Source of the DNA: Candidatus Saccharimonadales bacterium
GTDB lineage: Bacteria; Patescibacteriota; Saccharimonadia; Saccharimonadales; 2-12-FULL-41-12
Length of the DNA stretch: 64,000 nt
NCBI GenBank assembly: GCA_025451045.1
Contig: JANWLD010000001.1
Span: forward strand, 133,812-197,811
Reading direction: 5' to 3'
Part shown: positions 39,553 to 48,473 of the stretch, piece by piece
Numbering within the stretch: position 1 is the first letter of the stretch
Layout of the letters: each line of letters opens with the position of its first letter
Position numbers and translations under genes: made by a program
Notes under the pieces: generated by a model
What the model was told of the DNA's origin: nothing
What the model saw: only the letters and a program-made list of their open reading frames with translations
Database searches by the model: none

Positions 39553-41481
39553 ATGGCTAACGACGTCGGAACTCCAAAGAATAATGACAAAAAGCCTCTT
39601 TCGTCGGTAGATCCGGCAATCGAAGCCAAAGTAGACAAAATGATGTCGCCCACAGGCGCGCCGTTGTTGCCGGACGATAAATTGCCCGATTTTGATAAAA
39701 AACAGCCTTCGGGGAATATAAAATCCCTCGCTACTCCCGTTGCTGATAAATCGCCAGCAAAAGAACCCGCATCGGCTACTGATACGGAAACAGACAAAGC
39801 CGTAGATGAAATAGCTGAAAAAGAGTCTGATCGCATACTGGCCATGGAAGATGCCAAGGCTGAATTATTGAGCGAAGGAACGGCTGAGATTGACAGGGGT
39901 TTTTTCAACCGCGTTAAGTCAAAATTTATTGCTTTTTGGCACAATAAAACAATAAGAAATTCTTGTTTGGCCGCAATTTTCTTAATCGTACTTACTGTTT
40001 TTGTTATTCCCGCCAGCCGTTATTTTATCCTGAACTCGCTTGGGGTCAGGGCTTCAATGTCGTTAAGAGTCATTGATGATAAGACCCAACAGCCATTGAA
40101 AAACGTGGAAGTCGCTATCAATGACAAATTAAACAAGACAGACATAAAGGGCGAGGTAAAGCTGACGGGTATAAAACTGGGCAAACAACACTTGGCCGTC
40201 AAAAAACCGGCCTTCGCGGATTTTAACCAGGATGTGATTATCGGCTGGGGCAGTAATCCGAGGGGTGACACGGCGCTTAAGGCGGTCGGTAGCCGCTATA
40301 CTTTCGAAATCAAAGACTATGTGTCTGGAAAACCTGTCATAAACAGCGAGGCAACAAGCGGAGTGGCCAGTGCCACTGCCAACCAAAACGGCGAAATCGT
40401 ATTGGTCGTTGCCAACCAAAACGAGGAAGTAATAAATGTACAGATTAGCAGTAAAAACTATCGTACGGAAAATATTAATCTGCAGGTTGGAAACAATGAT
40501 ATACACCAGATAAGCCTGGTACCGGCGAAAAAGCATGCGTTTGTTTCAAAACGCAGCGGCAAGTATGACCTTTACAAGATTGGCGCAGATGGAAAAAATG
40601 AGCAGCGGGTATTGGCTGGAACCGGTTCTGAAAAAGAGGATAGCATCGTGATTTTACCCAGTCCGACCAGTAACACTATCGCGTATGTAACTATAAGGGG
40701 CGAACGGCACAACACAGACGGCTTTGCCTTGTCCAGCCTAATGATAGTAAATCTGGATAACGACCAATCGGAAACTATCGATTATTCGGAAAGAATACAG
40801 CCAATTGAGTTTATTGGCAACAGACTGGTTTATGTCAAAATTTCCGAAGGAGAAAGCGGCTCAAGCCCGAACCGCCATCAGCTTATCTCATACGATGTTG
40901 ATACCGGCCAGCAAAAGATTTTGGCTAAGACCAATTATTTTAACGATGTTCTGGCGGCAAAAGGGAATATCTATTATGCCCCAGCAGCCTATAAAGTTGG
41001 CGGCAATGTCGGACTGTTCAAGATTAGTCCCGACGGCAGTGATAGAAGTACGGTTTATGATAAGGAAGTCTGGAATCTATTTCGGGTAGCTTATGACAAG
41101 CTTGATGCTGCCGTAGGCCAAAACTGGTATGAATATGGCCTTGATTCCGGTGCGTTCCATCCTTTGAGCGAGGCACCGGCTCAAGAAGAATCGAGGATTT
41201 ATACCGACAGTCCTGATGGCAAGAAGAGTGCTTGGGTAGACAAAAGGGACGGCAAAGGAGTGCTGATAATTTATGACACTGCGACCGGCCAGGACACCGT
41301 TCGGCTAACCGAAGGCGGCTTGGTTTATCCTGTCAGCTGGCTGGATGATGACCACTTGGTTTATCGTATCGCGACCAGTTCGGAAACAGCTGATTACGTA
41401 ATAAGCCTGAGCGGCGGTTCGCCTAAAAAAATCACCGACGTTACTAATACTGCCGGGCTGGACCGCTGGTACTACTATTAA
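39553..41481 (+). CDS. membrane-anchored extracytoplasmic protein with Ig-like and beta-propeller-like (TolB/PD40-type) regions
   Basis: Disordered N-terminus, one TM (CLAAIFLIVLTVFVIPA), then repeated short beta-strand patterns. The domain call is tentative. Confidence 0.45.
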   Translation: MANDVGTPKNNDKKPLSSVDPAIEAKVDKMMSPTGAPLLPDDKLPDFDKKQPSGNIKSLATPVADKSPAKEPASATDTETDKAVDEIAEKESDRILAMEDAKAELLSEGTAEIDRGFFNRVKSKFIAFWHNKTIRNSCLAAIFLIVLTVFVIPASRYFILNSLGVRASMSLRVIDDKTQQPLKNVEVAINDKLNKTDIKGEVKLTGIKLGKQHLAVKKPAFADFNQDVIIGWGSNPRGDTALKAVGSRYTFEIKDYVSGKPVINSEATSGVASATANQNGEIVLVVANQNEEVINVQISSKNYRTENINLQVGNNDIHQISLVPAKKHAFVSKRSGKYDLYKIGADGKNEQRVLAGTGSEKEDSIVILPSPTSNTIAYVTIRGERHNTDGFALSSLMIVNLDNDQSETIDYSERIQPIEFIGNRLVYVKISEGESGSSPNRHQLISYDVDTGQQKILAKTNYFNDVLAAKGNIYYAPAAYKVGGNVGLFKISPDGSDRSTVYDKEVWNLFRVAYDKLDAAVGQNWYEYGLDSGAFHPLSEAPAQEESRIYTDSPDGKKSAWVDKRDGKGVLIIYDTATGQDTVRLTEGGLVYPVSWLDDDHLVYRIATSSETADYVISLSGGSPKKITDVTNTAGLDRWYYY

Positions 41482-41493
41482 CGGCGTTGCCTT

Positions 41494-41518
41494 ATGAGGG
41501 GAGATATTCTCCCCTCAT
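41494..41518 (+). terminator. perfect 11-bp stem / 3-nt loop hairpin after the 642-aa ORF
   Basis: ATGAGGGGAGA-tat-TCTCCCCTCAT. No U-tract follows. Confidence 0.45.
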
Positions 41519-41620
41519 CGAGCCGGGCGCGGAATAAATCCGACGCTCGGTCTGCTCCCCTCTAACTATGAATTTCATATGTTACAATTAGCTTAAGAAT
41601 TAACAGAGGAATGAAGTATC

Positions 41621-41899
41621 ATGCAAGATGATATTAAACTACCGCCGCCAGAGCCGGATCCACCTGAAGATGATAAGAACCTAACTTCGCTACCGCTACC
41701 ACCTAATCAAGAAGTTCCTCAAGCTCCTGCCGAATCACCACCGGCCAAGCCCGAACCAAGTAAAAACGAGCCAAAACAACCCAAGCAACCTGAAGCAGCC
41801 AAAATTGAACACCACTTGATTCCGATAATCATAGCGCTTTTGATACTTATATTTTTGGCGGTTGTTGCCGTGATGTCGGACAACCAGCTGAGTTTGTAA
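41621..41899 (+). CDS. proline-rich tail-anchored membrane protein
   Basis: P/E/K-rich N-terminal 60 aa followed by one TM (LIPIIIALLILIFLAVVAV). An agagga SD is present. Confidence 0.5.
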   Translation: MQDDIKLPPPEPDPPEDDKNLTSLPLPPNQEVPQAPAESPPAKPEPSKNEPKQPKQPEAAKIEHHLIPIIIALLILIFLAVVAVMSDNQLSL

Positions 41900-41928
41900 T
41901 TCGTTTATCAGGATATAATAAATCTTAC

Positions 41929-42504
41929 ATGAGCCAGATTGAGGTTAATAAATGCGTCGGTATTTTAAATAATGGCGGTTTAGCAGTTATCCCAACCGAT
42001 ACTGTCTACGGCGTGGTCTGCCGGGCTGCTGATGAAGTGGCAGTCCAGCGCCTGTATAGGCTGAAATCCCGCGAAAACAAGCCTGGCACCGTCATAGCCT
42101 CATCAATTGACCAGTTGGTAGAGCTTGGCATAAAACGGCGTTACCTCTCGGCTGTTAGCCAGTATTGGCCTAATCCTATCAGCATAGAAATCCCGCACGA
42201 CATTAATTATTTAAATCAAGACACCGGTCGTCAGGCGGTTAGGGTTGTAAATAACAAAAATCTGCAACAAATATTGGACAAGACAGGGCCTCTGTTAACT
42301 TCCAGCGCCAATACACCGGGCAAGTCTACTTCAAAAAATATTGCTGAAGCCAAGAAATATTTTACCGATAAGGTAGACTTTTATTTGGATGGCGGCGAGC
42401 TGCCCGACAATCCCTCGACCCTGATCCGGATCATTGACGATGCTGTGGAAGTTTTACGCCAGGGAAGTGTTAAAGTAAATGAAGCAGGAGAGATTGAGAA
42501 ATGA
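41929..42504 (+). CDS. tsaC: L-threonylcarbamoyladenylate synthase (YrdC/TsaC family)
   Basis: GGLAVIPTDTVYGVVCRA and LTSSANTPGK motifs. Confidence 0.85.
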   Translation: MSQIEVNKCVGILNNGGLAVIPTDTVYGVVCRAADEVAVQRLYRLKSRENKPGTVIASSIDQLVELGIKRRYLSAVSQYWPNPISIEIPHDINYLNQDTGRQAVRVVNNKNLQQILDKTGPLLTSSANTPGKSTSKNIAEAKKYFTDKVDFYLDGGELPDNPSTLIRIIDDAVEVLRQGSVKVNEAGEIEK

Positions 42505-42833
42505 ATTTTGACGAATACCAAAAGCGTGCTTTGACCACGGCCAGCACTACCAAAGATGATTTTAAGGACACAATGCACTGGATACTGGGAGTTACCGGCG
42601 AGGCTGGGGAGATTGCGGAGAAAGCCAAGAAGATTATCCGCGATAAAAAAGGCGTTATTTCTGAGGCCGACAAAGCAGAACTGGGCAGTGAAATCGGCGA
42701 CGTGCTGTGGTATTTAGCGGTTTTAGCACATCATCTGGGCTTGTCATTTGAAGATATTGCCGAGGAAAATTTAGCCAAATTAAAAAGCCGCAAAAACCGC
42801 GGTGTCATCGGCGGCTCGGGCGACAATAGGTGA
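42501..42833 (+). CDS. MazG-like nucleotide pyrophosphohydrolase
   Basis: GEAGEIAEKAKK...EIGDVLWYLAVLAHHLG...ENLAKLKSR. ATGA overlap with tsaC. Confidence 0.8.
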   Translation: MNFDEYQKRALTTASTTKDDFKDTMHWILGVTGEAGEIAEKAKKIIRDKKGVISEADKAELGSEIGDVLWYLAVLAHHLGLSFEDIAEENLAKLKSRKNRGVIGGSGDNR

Positions 42834-42855
42834 GTTGACCCGTTATTATTTTCTC

Positions 42856-42925
42856 CTAAGAGGGCGTTACGGAAGCGATTAAAATTATATCGCTTCCTGC
42901 ACTTGGCCTTCACAGACCCTCTTAG
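42856..42925. terminator. nested hairpins between convergent genes (bidirectional terminator candidate)
   Basis: The outer stem pairs CTAAGAGGG (42856-64) with CCCTCTTAG (42917-25). The inner stem pairs GGAAGCGAT (42871-79) with ATCGCTTCC (42889-97). Confidence 0.5.
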
Positions 42926-42934
42926 TAAAAAACA

Positions 42935-44218
42935 CTAACGGGTTTTGAAATTGGTTCGGAGCCATTCGTCTAGACTGCCACCGCCTCCTCCGGATAAGCA
43001 AACCACCGTGTCGCCATCTTTGAGGTGCTTTTCAATAGAATTCTTGAGACTTTCATTTAACTCGGCGGCTTCTTTTTGGTTAGGTTCTTCAACTGAATCT
43101 ATAAATTCCTGTGGCGTAATAACTTTTTGTGCCGGGTCTTCGCGGGCCAGATAGCTGGGGACCCAATAAAGCTTCTTTACGCCCTTAAATAAGTCCTTAT
43201 ATTCATCGCGGATAAAGTATTGCCGACGGTTGGTCAGCGGTTCATAGACGATTACCACCTTGTCTGACACCTCGCCGACTGATTGCAAACAGCCTTCAAT
43301 CTTTGGAACGGTATGGGCATAATCGGAATAGAGGTTTTCGGCAATTTTCTCGAACCTTCTGGAAACACCAGGAAAGGCTACCATATCTTTACCAAGCTCT
43401 TCAATCGGCTTGTTGGATAGTTTATTTACGGCCGAAATTACTTGCCAAGCATCTTGCCGGTTTACAGTCCCAATAATAATTAACGTGTTAAGTATTGGTT
43501 CATTTTCCTGCAGGATAGTTAAACCGTCTGGTTTTAAGTCCAGTTTTGCCATGTCTTTCTGCCACATTATTTTAAGCTCGGATTGCCCGATAAACTGCCT
43601 AAAAGCGTTTTGATAATCTTCCAGTGTCGGATACTGTTCCTGGTGGTCGTAGTCAATTCCGGTAATCAAGCTCAAATATGGCGAAAAGGCCAGAAAATTA
43701 CGGTCAAACTCGTCGCATTCATAGATGAAATATTCACTTTTGGCGTCAAAATGGCCCATATCACCAAACGGAATTTTCGCGCCCACAGAATAACTGATCG
43801 GCACGTCAATTTGCTTAAAAAGCCATACTAACATTGCGGTAGTGGTGGTTTTCCCATGGGTACCGGCAACAGCAATCAACTTCAGGCCGTTATCTTTAAT
43901 GATTTTATTTAAAAGCTCGTCACGCTTAGTAGCTTTAATTCCATGTTCTGCGGCGAATTTCAATTGAGGATTATTTGGATTTTCAATAGCTACAGCCGAA
44001 GAATAAATGATTAGATCTATAGGTTTTTCTTGATGAAGATTTCTAAGATGTTCGTCACTTGAACCGATGTATATGTCTTCAACACCTTGGTTTATCAGAT
44101 AATTTATATAGCTTGATTTCTGCTTGTCGGAACCGGATACATCGTAGCCGGACTGCTTTGCTATCAGTGCCAAGGGGCCAATGGCCGTACCGCCGATACC
44201 AATGAAATATACGTGCAT
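42935..44218 (-). CDS. Mur ligase family protein (MurC/Mpl-like)
   Basis: YFIGIGGTAIGPLALIAKQSGYDVSGSD and AVAGTHGKTTTTAML motifs. Confidence 0.75.
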   Translation of the reverse strand: MHVYFIGIGGTAIGPLALIAKQSGYDVSGSDKQKSSYINYLINQGVEDIYIGSSDEHLRNLHQEKPIDLIIYSSAVAIENPNNPQLKFAAEHGIKATKRDELLNKIIKDNGLKLIAVAGTHGKTTTTAMLVWLFKQIDVPISYSVGAKIPFGDMGHFDAKSEYFIYECDEFDRNFLAFSPYLSLITGIDYDHQEQYPTLEDYQNAFRQFIGQSELKIMWQKDMAKLDLKPDGLTILQENEPILNTLIIIGTVNRQDAWQVISAVNKLSNKPIEELGKDMVAFPGVSRRFEKIAENLYSDYAHTVPKIEGCLQSVGEVSDKVVIVYEPLTNRRQYFIRDEYKDLFKGVKKLYWVPSYLAREDPAQKVITPQEFIDSVEEPNQKEAAELNESLKNSIEKHLKDGDTVVCLSGGGGGSLDEWLRTNFKTR

Positions 44219-44292
44219 ACCTTATAAGTATAAAGCCAAGAGCTAACAGCTAAAAGCTATGAACTTAAACCGCTTTAGTTATAATCATAACC

Positions 44293-44901
44293 ATGACCGA
44301 CAAACGCAAATTAAACCATAGTTACCGCCGTCTTAGACATATCAAATCAAGATATATTCTTATTCTGGCCGTCTTTTTTCTAATATTGGGTATTTATGGG
44401 ATGCGTCAAAATTACTCGCGAATGGTAGAGTTACGCGCGGCAGTGGCTAGTGCCGATAAGCAAAACGGCGATGTCGAAACAGCGCTCAGGAACCTGAGGG
44501 AATTCGTTTACAACCACATGAACACCAACCTTTCCAGCGGCAACGTGGCGATAAAGCCGCCGATACAGCTCAAATACCGCTATGAACGCTTGGCAAAAAC
44601 CGAGGCGAAAAAGGCTGAGGAAGTGAATAGAGAAGTCAAGAAACAAGGTGAACAAATCTGCATAAAAAAATACCCGGGCCGAATTTTCAACAGCCCAAGA
44701 GTCAACTGCACGGCCAAATATATAAGCGAACATTCAGCTAAACAAAATCCAATACCAAGCGACCTTTATAAATTCGATTTTATCAGCCCGGTCTGGTCGC
44801 CTGACCTTGCCGGTGTATCGCTACTTTTATCACTGGTATTTTTCGCGGCGCTGCTATTTAGAACCGGATTGGAATTCTGGTACCGATCCGAATTGGGTTA
44901 A
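44293..44901 (+). CDS. hypothetical protein with N- and C-terminal TM helices
   Basis: 202-aa ORF. TATAAT at 44280-85 lies 7 nt upstream of the ATG. Confidence 0.45.
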   Translation: MTDKRKLNHSYRRLRHIKSRYILILAVFFLILGIYGMRQNYSRMVELRAAVASADKQNGDVETALRNLREFVYNHMNTNLSSGNVAIKPPIQLKYRYERLAKTEAKKAEEVNREVKKQGEQICIKKYPGRIFNSPRVNCTAKYISEHSAKQNPIPSDLYKFDFISPVWSPDLAGVSLLLSLVFFAALLFRTGLEFWYRSELG

Positions 44902-44902
44902 T

Positions 44903-45571
44903 CTACTGGCCGGTGCTATTGCTTGGAGTGGAGCTAGAAGAGCTTTCAGCGGCGCTATTAGTAGTGGAAGGAGTAGTGGTAGACGAACTATCGCTTTTAT
45001 TGCCGGAACCAGTGGCTTGCTCTACACAGTTCTGAGGCTGTTTGGAAAGCTCTTTGATTGCGCCGGGTACGGTGCTTTGGCTGTCATCGTCTTTAAGGTT
45101 TTCCCAGAAAATAATCTGCTCGTGGTTAATTACCATTACATCCTGCGGCCGGTGCAGTTCACAACCAAGCTTACGAATGGTGAAATTATTGGAAGCTGTC
45201 TGGTTTTTGCTGTCTGACTGAACAGCCTGGTTAGGCGTAAGGTAGTAAATGTCCGCCAGCGACATGTACTTGGCATTTACATCGGTAATCTTACCGAAAT
45301 AAACTTGACCGCCGTTTAAAAATACCGCTTGGTATTTACTGGTATCAACCAGATCGTTTTCTTTGTTGTTATTACCGTCAAAAAGGAATATCGACAGAGC
45401 AACGCCTGCTATCAAAATAGTTACTGAAAACAGCAAGGTCATATAAGTAAAGTTCAATAGCCGGTGATTTTTTATCCTATGCAATCGGCCGGGTTTTTTG
45501 CCGGAGCTACTCGCCGCATTATTACTAATTGGTTGCTGTGGTTTGTTAATATTGCGATCTGTAAAATCCAT
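44903..45571 (-). CDS. membrane-anchored protein with Ser/Thr-rich C-terminal tail
   Basis: gaggtgg SD, one TM (LLFSVTILIAGVALSIFLF) and the tail SDSSSTTTPSTTNSAAESSSSSTPSNSTGQ. Confidence 0.5.
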   Translation of the reverse strand: MDFTDRNINKPQQPISNNAASSSGKKPGRLHRIKNHRLLNFTYMTLLFSVTILIAGVALSIFLFDGNNNKENDLVDTSKYQAVFLNGGQVYFGKITDVNAKYMSLADIYYLTPNQAVQSDSKNQTASNNFTIRKLGCELHRPQDVMVINHEQIIFWENLKDDDSQSTVPGAIKELSKQPQNCVEQATGSGNKSDSSSTTTPSTTNSAAESSSSSTPSNSTGQ

Positions 45572-45691
45572 TTATTTTCCACCTCTGTTGTTCGTTAATA
45601 ACTTTAAATAGTTTAATCCATAAGCATCTCTTTTTGCAAACTATAAGGCCAATTTGAGGGCTTATTTTAAAGTGAAAATTACTTCAAGGGG

Positions 45692-45721
45692 TTGACAAGG
45701 AAAAACTCCTCGGAGTATGGT
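45692..45721 (+). promoter_or_regulatory. promoter TTGACA-18-TATGGT
   Basis: TTGACA at 45692-97 and TATGGT at 45716-21. An SD GGGAG (45746-50) lies 9 nt before ATG 45760. Confidence 0.5.
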
Positions 45722-45759
45722 AGGGGTACCATTAAATCTAACAGAGGGAGATGTAAGAA

Positions 45760-45957
45760 ATGGCATATAAGCACACTAATAGTAAGGGTGTAACATACTA
45801 TCTAAATTCAAAGGATGTAACTTTGCGCGGTGGTAAGCAGCAGACTATTTACTACTTCAGCAAGGACGAGCGCAAAGACACAGCTACCGACTTGCCAAGT
45901 GGTATGAGCGTTAACGAAAACCCACGCAACGGTTTCCTTACCGTAAAACGCGGCTAA
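45760..45957 (+). CDS. small basic conserved-looking protein (65 aa) with internal repeat
   Basis: GVTYYLNSKDV and QTIYYFSKDE are repeated blocks. The gene has its own promoter, SD and terminator. Confidence 0.6.
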   Translation: MAYKHTNSKGVTYYLNSKDVTLRGGKQQTIYYFSKDERKDTATDLPSGMSVNENPRNGFLTVKRG

Positions 45958-45974
45958 TTTAATCAAGCTAAAAG

Positions 45975-46005
45975 GCGCCTTGTTTACAAAAGCAAGGTGC
46001 TTTTT
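45975..46005 (+). terminator. rho-independent terminator
   Basis: GCGCCTTG (45975-82) pairs with CAAGGTGC (45993-46000, one G.U pair), followed by TTTTT. Confidence 0.7.
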
Positions 46006-46046
46006 GATTTTGGAAAGTACAAGCTCGGTTTGTTAAACTAGTCCTT

Positions 46047-46805
46047 GTGCCCAAAGCAATTGTAGAAGTCAAAGAACTTACCAAAAAGTATGGCAACCGC
46101 AAGGTCGTCAACAAAATCAGTTTTTCAGTTAAGCAGGGCGAAGTATTTGGTATCTTGGGACCGAATGGCGCCGGTAAGACAACTACACTGGAAATGATAG
46201 AATCAATCCGCGAAATTGACAGCGGTAACGTACATGTTGATGGCATAGATGTGCAGAAAGATTCTCAGGCCGTCAAAAACATCATCGGCGTCCAGCAACA
46301 GACCCCGGCCTTTATGGACAAAGTCAAATTAAGAGAACATATCGAGCAAATCGCTTCGATTTACGGTGAAAAGGCTGATGCCCATGCCCTTTTGGAAGAA
46401 GTCGGCCTTGCCGAAGAAACTAATTCGTATTTTGAAAACCTGTCCGGCGGCCAGAAACAACGCTTTAGCATCGCGGCTTCATTGGTTCACGGACCAAAAG
46501 TATTTTTCATGGACGAGCCGACTACCGGCTTGGATCCTCAAGCCCGGCGCAATCTCTGGGACCTTGTGCGTACTACTCAGGCCAAGGGAGTAACCATTAT
46601 TCTGACTACCCACTATATGGAAGAGGCCGAACAGCTGTGTGACAGGGTAGCGATAATGGACCGGGGTAAAATCATCGCGCTTGATACGCCGAAAAACCTC
46701 GTACAGAAATTGCTCAAGAGCGGTTTTAAAAAGAAGCAGCATGTTGAGCAAGCCAATCTGGAAGATGTTTTTATTGACTTGACCGGAAAGGAGCTCAGGG
46801 ACTAA
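46047..46805 (+). CDS. ABC transporter ATP-binding protein (ABC-2/DrrA-like)
   Basis: GTG start, GPNGAGKTT, LSGGQKQRFSIA and FFMDEPTTGLD. Confidence 0.85.
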   Translation: MPKAIVEVKELTKKYGNRKVVNKISFSVKQGEVFGILGPNGAGKTTTLEMIESIREIDSGNVHVDGIDVQKDSQAVKNIIGVQQQTPAFMDKVKLREHIEQIASIYGEKADAHALLEEVGLAEETNSYFENLSGGQKQRFSIAASLVHGPKVFFMDEPTTGLDPQARRNLWDLVRTTQAKGVTIILTTHYMEEAEQLCDRVAIMDRGKIIALDTPKNLVQKLLKSGFKKKQHVEQANLEDVFIDLTGKELRD

Positions 46806-46809
46806 ATCT

Positions 46810-47919
46810 ATGCCAAAATCATTGATGCCGGTATTTACCTTCGCCAAAATCGCTATTCGCCGGGCTTTTCGCGACAAAACAGCTATTTTCTTCATAATCC
46901 TGTTCCCATTAATCTTTTTGATTATTTTCGGAGGGTTGTTCAGCAAGGACAACGACGTTTCTTTTAGGGTAGCGCTTATTAACCAGTCAAACAGCAAATT
47001 TGCCAAGCAATTCATTGATGATGCCCAAAAAGAAAGTAGTCTGAACATTGATTCGCAGTCAGATACGCTTGATAAGGCGAAAGAAAAGATGAAACGCAGC
47101 CAGCTGGATGCCGCAATTGTCCTGCCGCCGGATTTCGGAACGGTCAAAAGAGACAATAAATACCCGACGGGTGAAGCCCAAGTCATCTATAACCAAAATT
47201 CTTCGGAGGCAGGACAGACATTAAGTTCGGTATTAAAAGAGGAATTCAATGGGATTAATTCGCAATTGGTAACCACCCAGACGCCCTTTACTGTCAAAAG
47301 CGAGCAAACCAACGAAAAAAGTTTGAACCGATTTGACTATACTTTTGCCGGGCTGGTTGGTTTTTCCATAATCGGGCTGGGCATCTTCGGACCGGTCAAT
47401 GTCTTTCCCGAACTGAAAAAACAAGGCGTCCTGCGCCGGCTTAAAACAACTCCGCTCAGAGTCTGGCAGTTTTTCATCGCCAATGTATTGTCTCAGGTAA
47501 GCGTAGGGTTGTTGTCAATTGCCATAATGCTTCTTGTAGCTATCGGTTTCTTCCATCTGAAGCTGGCTGGCAATATTGTTGAATTGGCTATTTTCATCAC
47601 GCTTGGGATTACCATGATACTGGGCATCGGTTTGGCTATCGGCGGCTGGGCCAGTAATGAACGTCAAGCGGCGCCGTTGGCTAACCTGGTGGTATTTCCG
47701 ATGATGTTCTTATCCGGTACGTTCTTTCCGCGCTTTTTAATGCCTGAATGGCTGCAGACTGTATCAGACTTTTTACCACTGACACCGGTAATCGAAGGTA
47801 TACGTTTGATTGCTACTGAAGGCCAGCATCTCATAGATCTTGGACCGCAGATAGCTATGATTCTAGCTTGGACGTTAGTGATTTATCTTATAGCCTTCAA
47901 AGTCTTCCGCTGGGAGTGA
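46810..47919 (+). CDS. ABC-2 family permease with large first extracytoplasmic loop
   Basis: N-terminal TM, a ~150-aa loop, then 5 TM helices. It follows the ATPase gene. Confidence 0.75.
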   Translation: MPKSLMPVFTFAKIAIRRAFRDKTAIFFIILFPLIFLIIFGGLFSKDNDVSFRVALINQSNSKFAKQFIDDAQKESSLNIDSQSDTLDKAKEKMKRSQLDAAIVLPPDFGTVKRDNKYPTGEAQVIYNQNSSEAGQTLSSVLKEEFNGINSQLVTTQTPFTVKSEQTNEKSLNRFDYTFAGLVGFSIIGLGIFGPVNVFPELKKQGVLRRLKTTPLRVWQFFIANVLSQVSVGLLSIAIMLLVAIGFFHLKLAGNIVELAIFITLGITMILGIGLAIGGWASNERQAAPLANLVVFPMMFLSGTFFPRFLMPEWLQTVSDFLPLTPVIEGIRLIATEGQHLIDLGPQIAMILAWTLVIYLIAFKVFRWE

Positions 47920-47958
47920 GACCTCTTCGCCGCTCCGGCTGCTCACCCCTGAAACAGA

Positions 47959-47967
47959 TGATATAAT
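47959..47967 (+). promoter_or_regulatory. extended -10 TGaTATAAT 7 nt upstream of ATG 47975
   Basis: TG at 47959-60 and TATAAT at 47962-67. Confidence 0.45.
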
Positions 47968-47974
47968 TATAGTT

Positions 47975-48376
47975 ATGAATAAGTCGGAAGAGTCGGTATT
48001 TACTAAGATTATTAAGGGAGAGATCCCTAGCCACAAAATCTATGAAGATGACAGGTGCCTGGCATTTTTAGATATTTACCCGCAGGCAGAAGGCCATACA
48101 TTGCTTATTCCTAAACAGCAGATAGACAAACTTTGGGATCTGCCTGATGATCTGTATCACCATCTTTGGAATATGGCGAAAAAAATAGAAACCAAGATGA
48201 CAGAAGTATTAAACCCACCTAGAGTCGGAATCTTTGTAGAGGGTTTTGGCGTTCCGCATGCGCATATTCACTTAATACCGGTATATAAATTAAACGATTT
48301 AAAAAATCCACAAGATATGCAAGCAAAACCTGACCATACAGCTTTGGCTGAAATAGCCGAAAGGTTGAAATTCTAG
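47975..48376 (+). CDS. HIT-family nucleotide hydrolase/transferase
   Basis: The histidine triad HAHIHLIP is present. Confidence 0.85.
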   Translation: MNKSEESVFTKIIKGEIPSHKIYEDDRCLAFLDIYPQAEGHTLLIPKQQIDKLWDLPDDLYHHLWNMAKKIETKMTEVLNPPRVGIFVEGFGVPHAHIHLIPVYKLNDLKNPQDMQAKPDHTALAEIAERLKF

Positions 48377-48473
48377 CCAGGCGTTTTCCAGAGAGGGTTC
48401 CCGTGAACGAATATCGTGGAAGTTCGCGGGATACTCTGGAAAATAAAAGCCTAACTAGAATAAGATAATTAAA

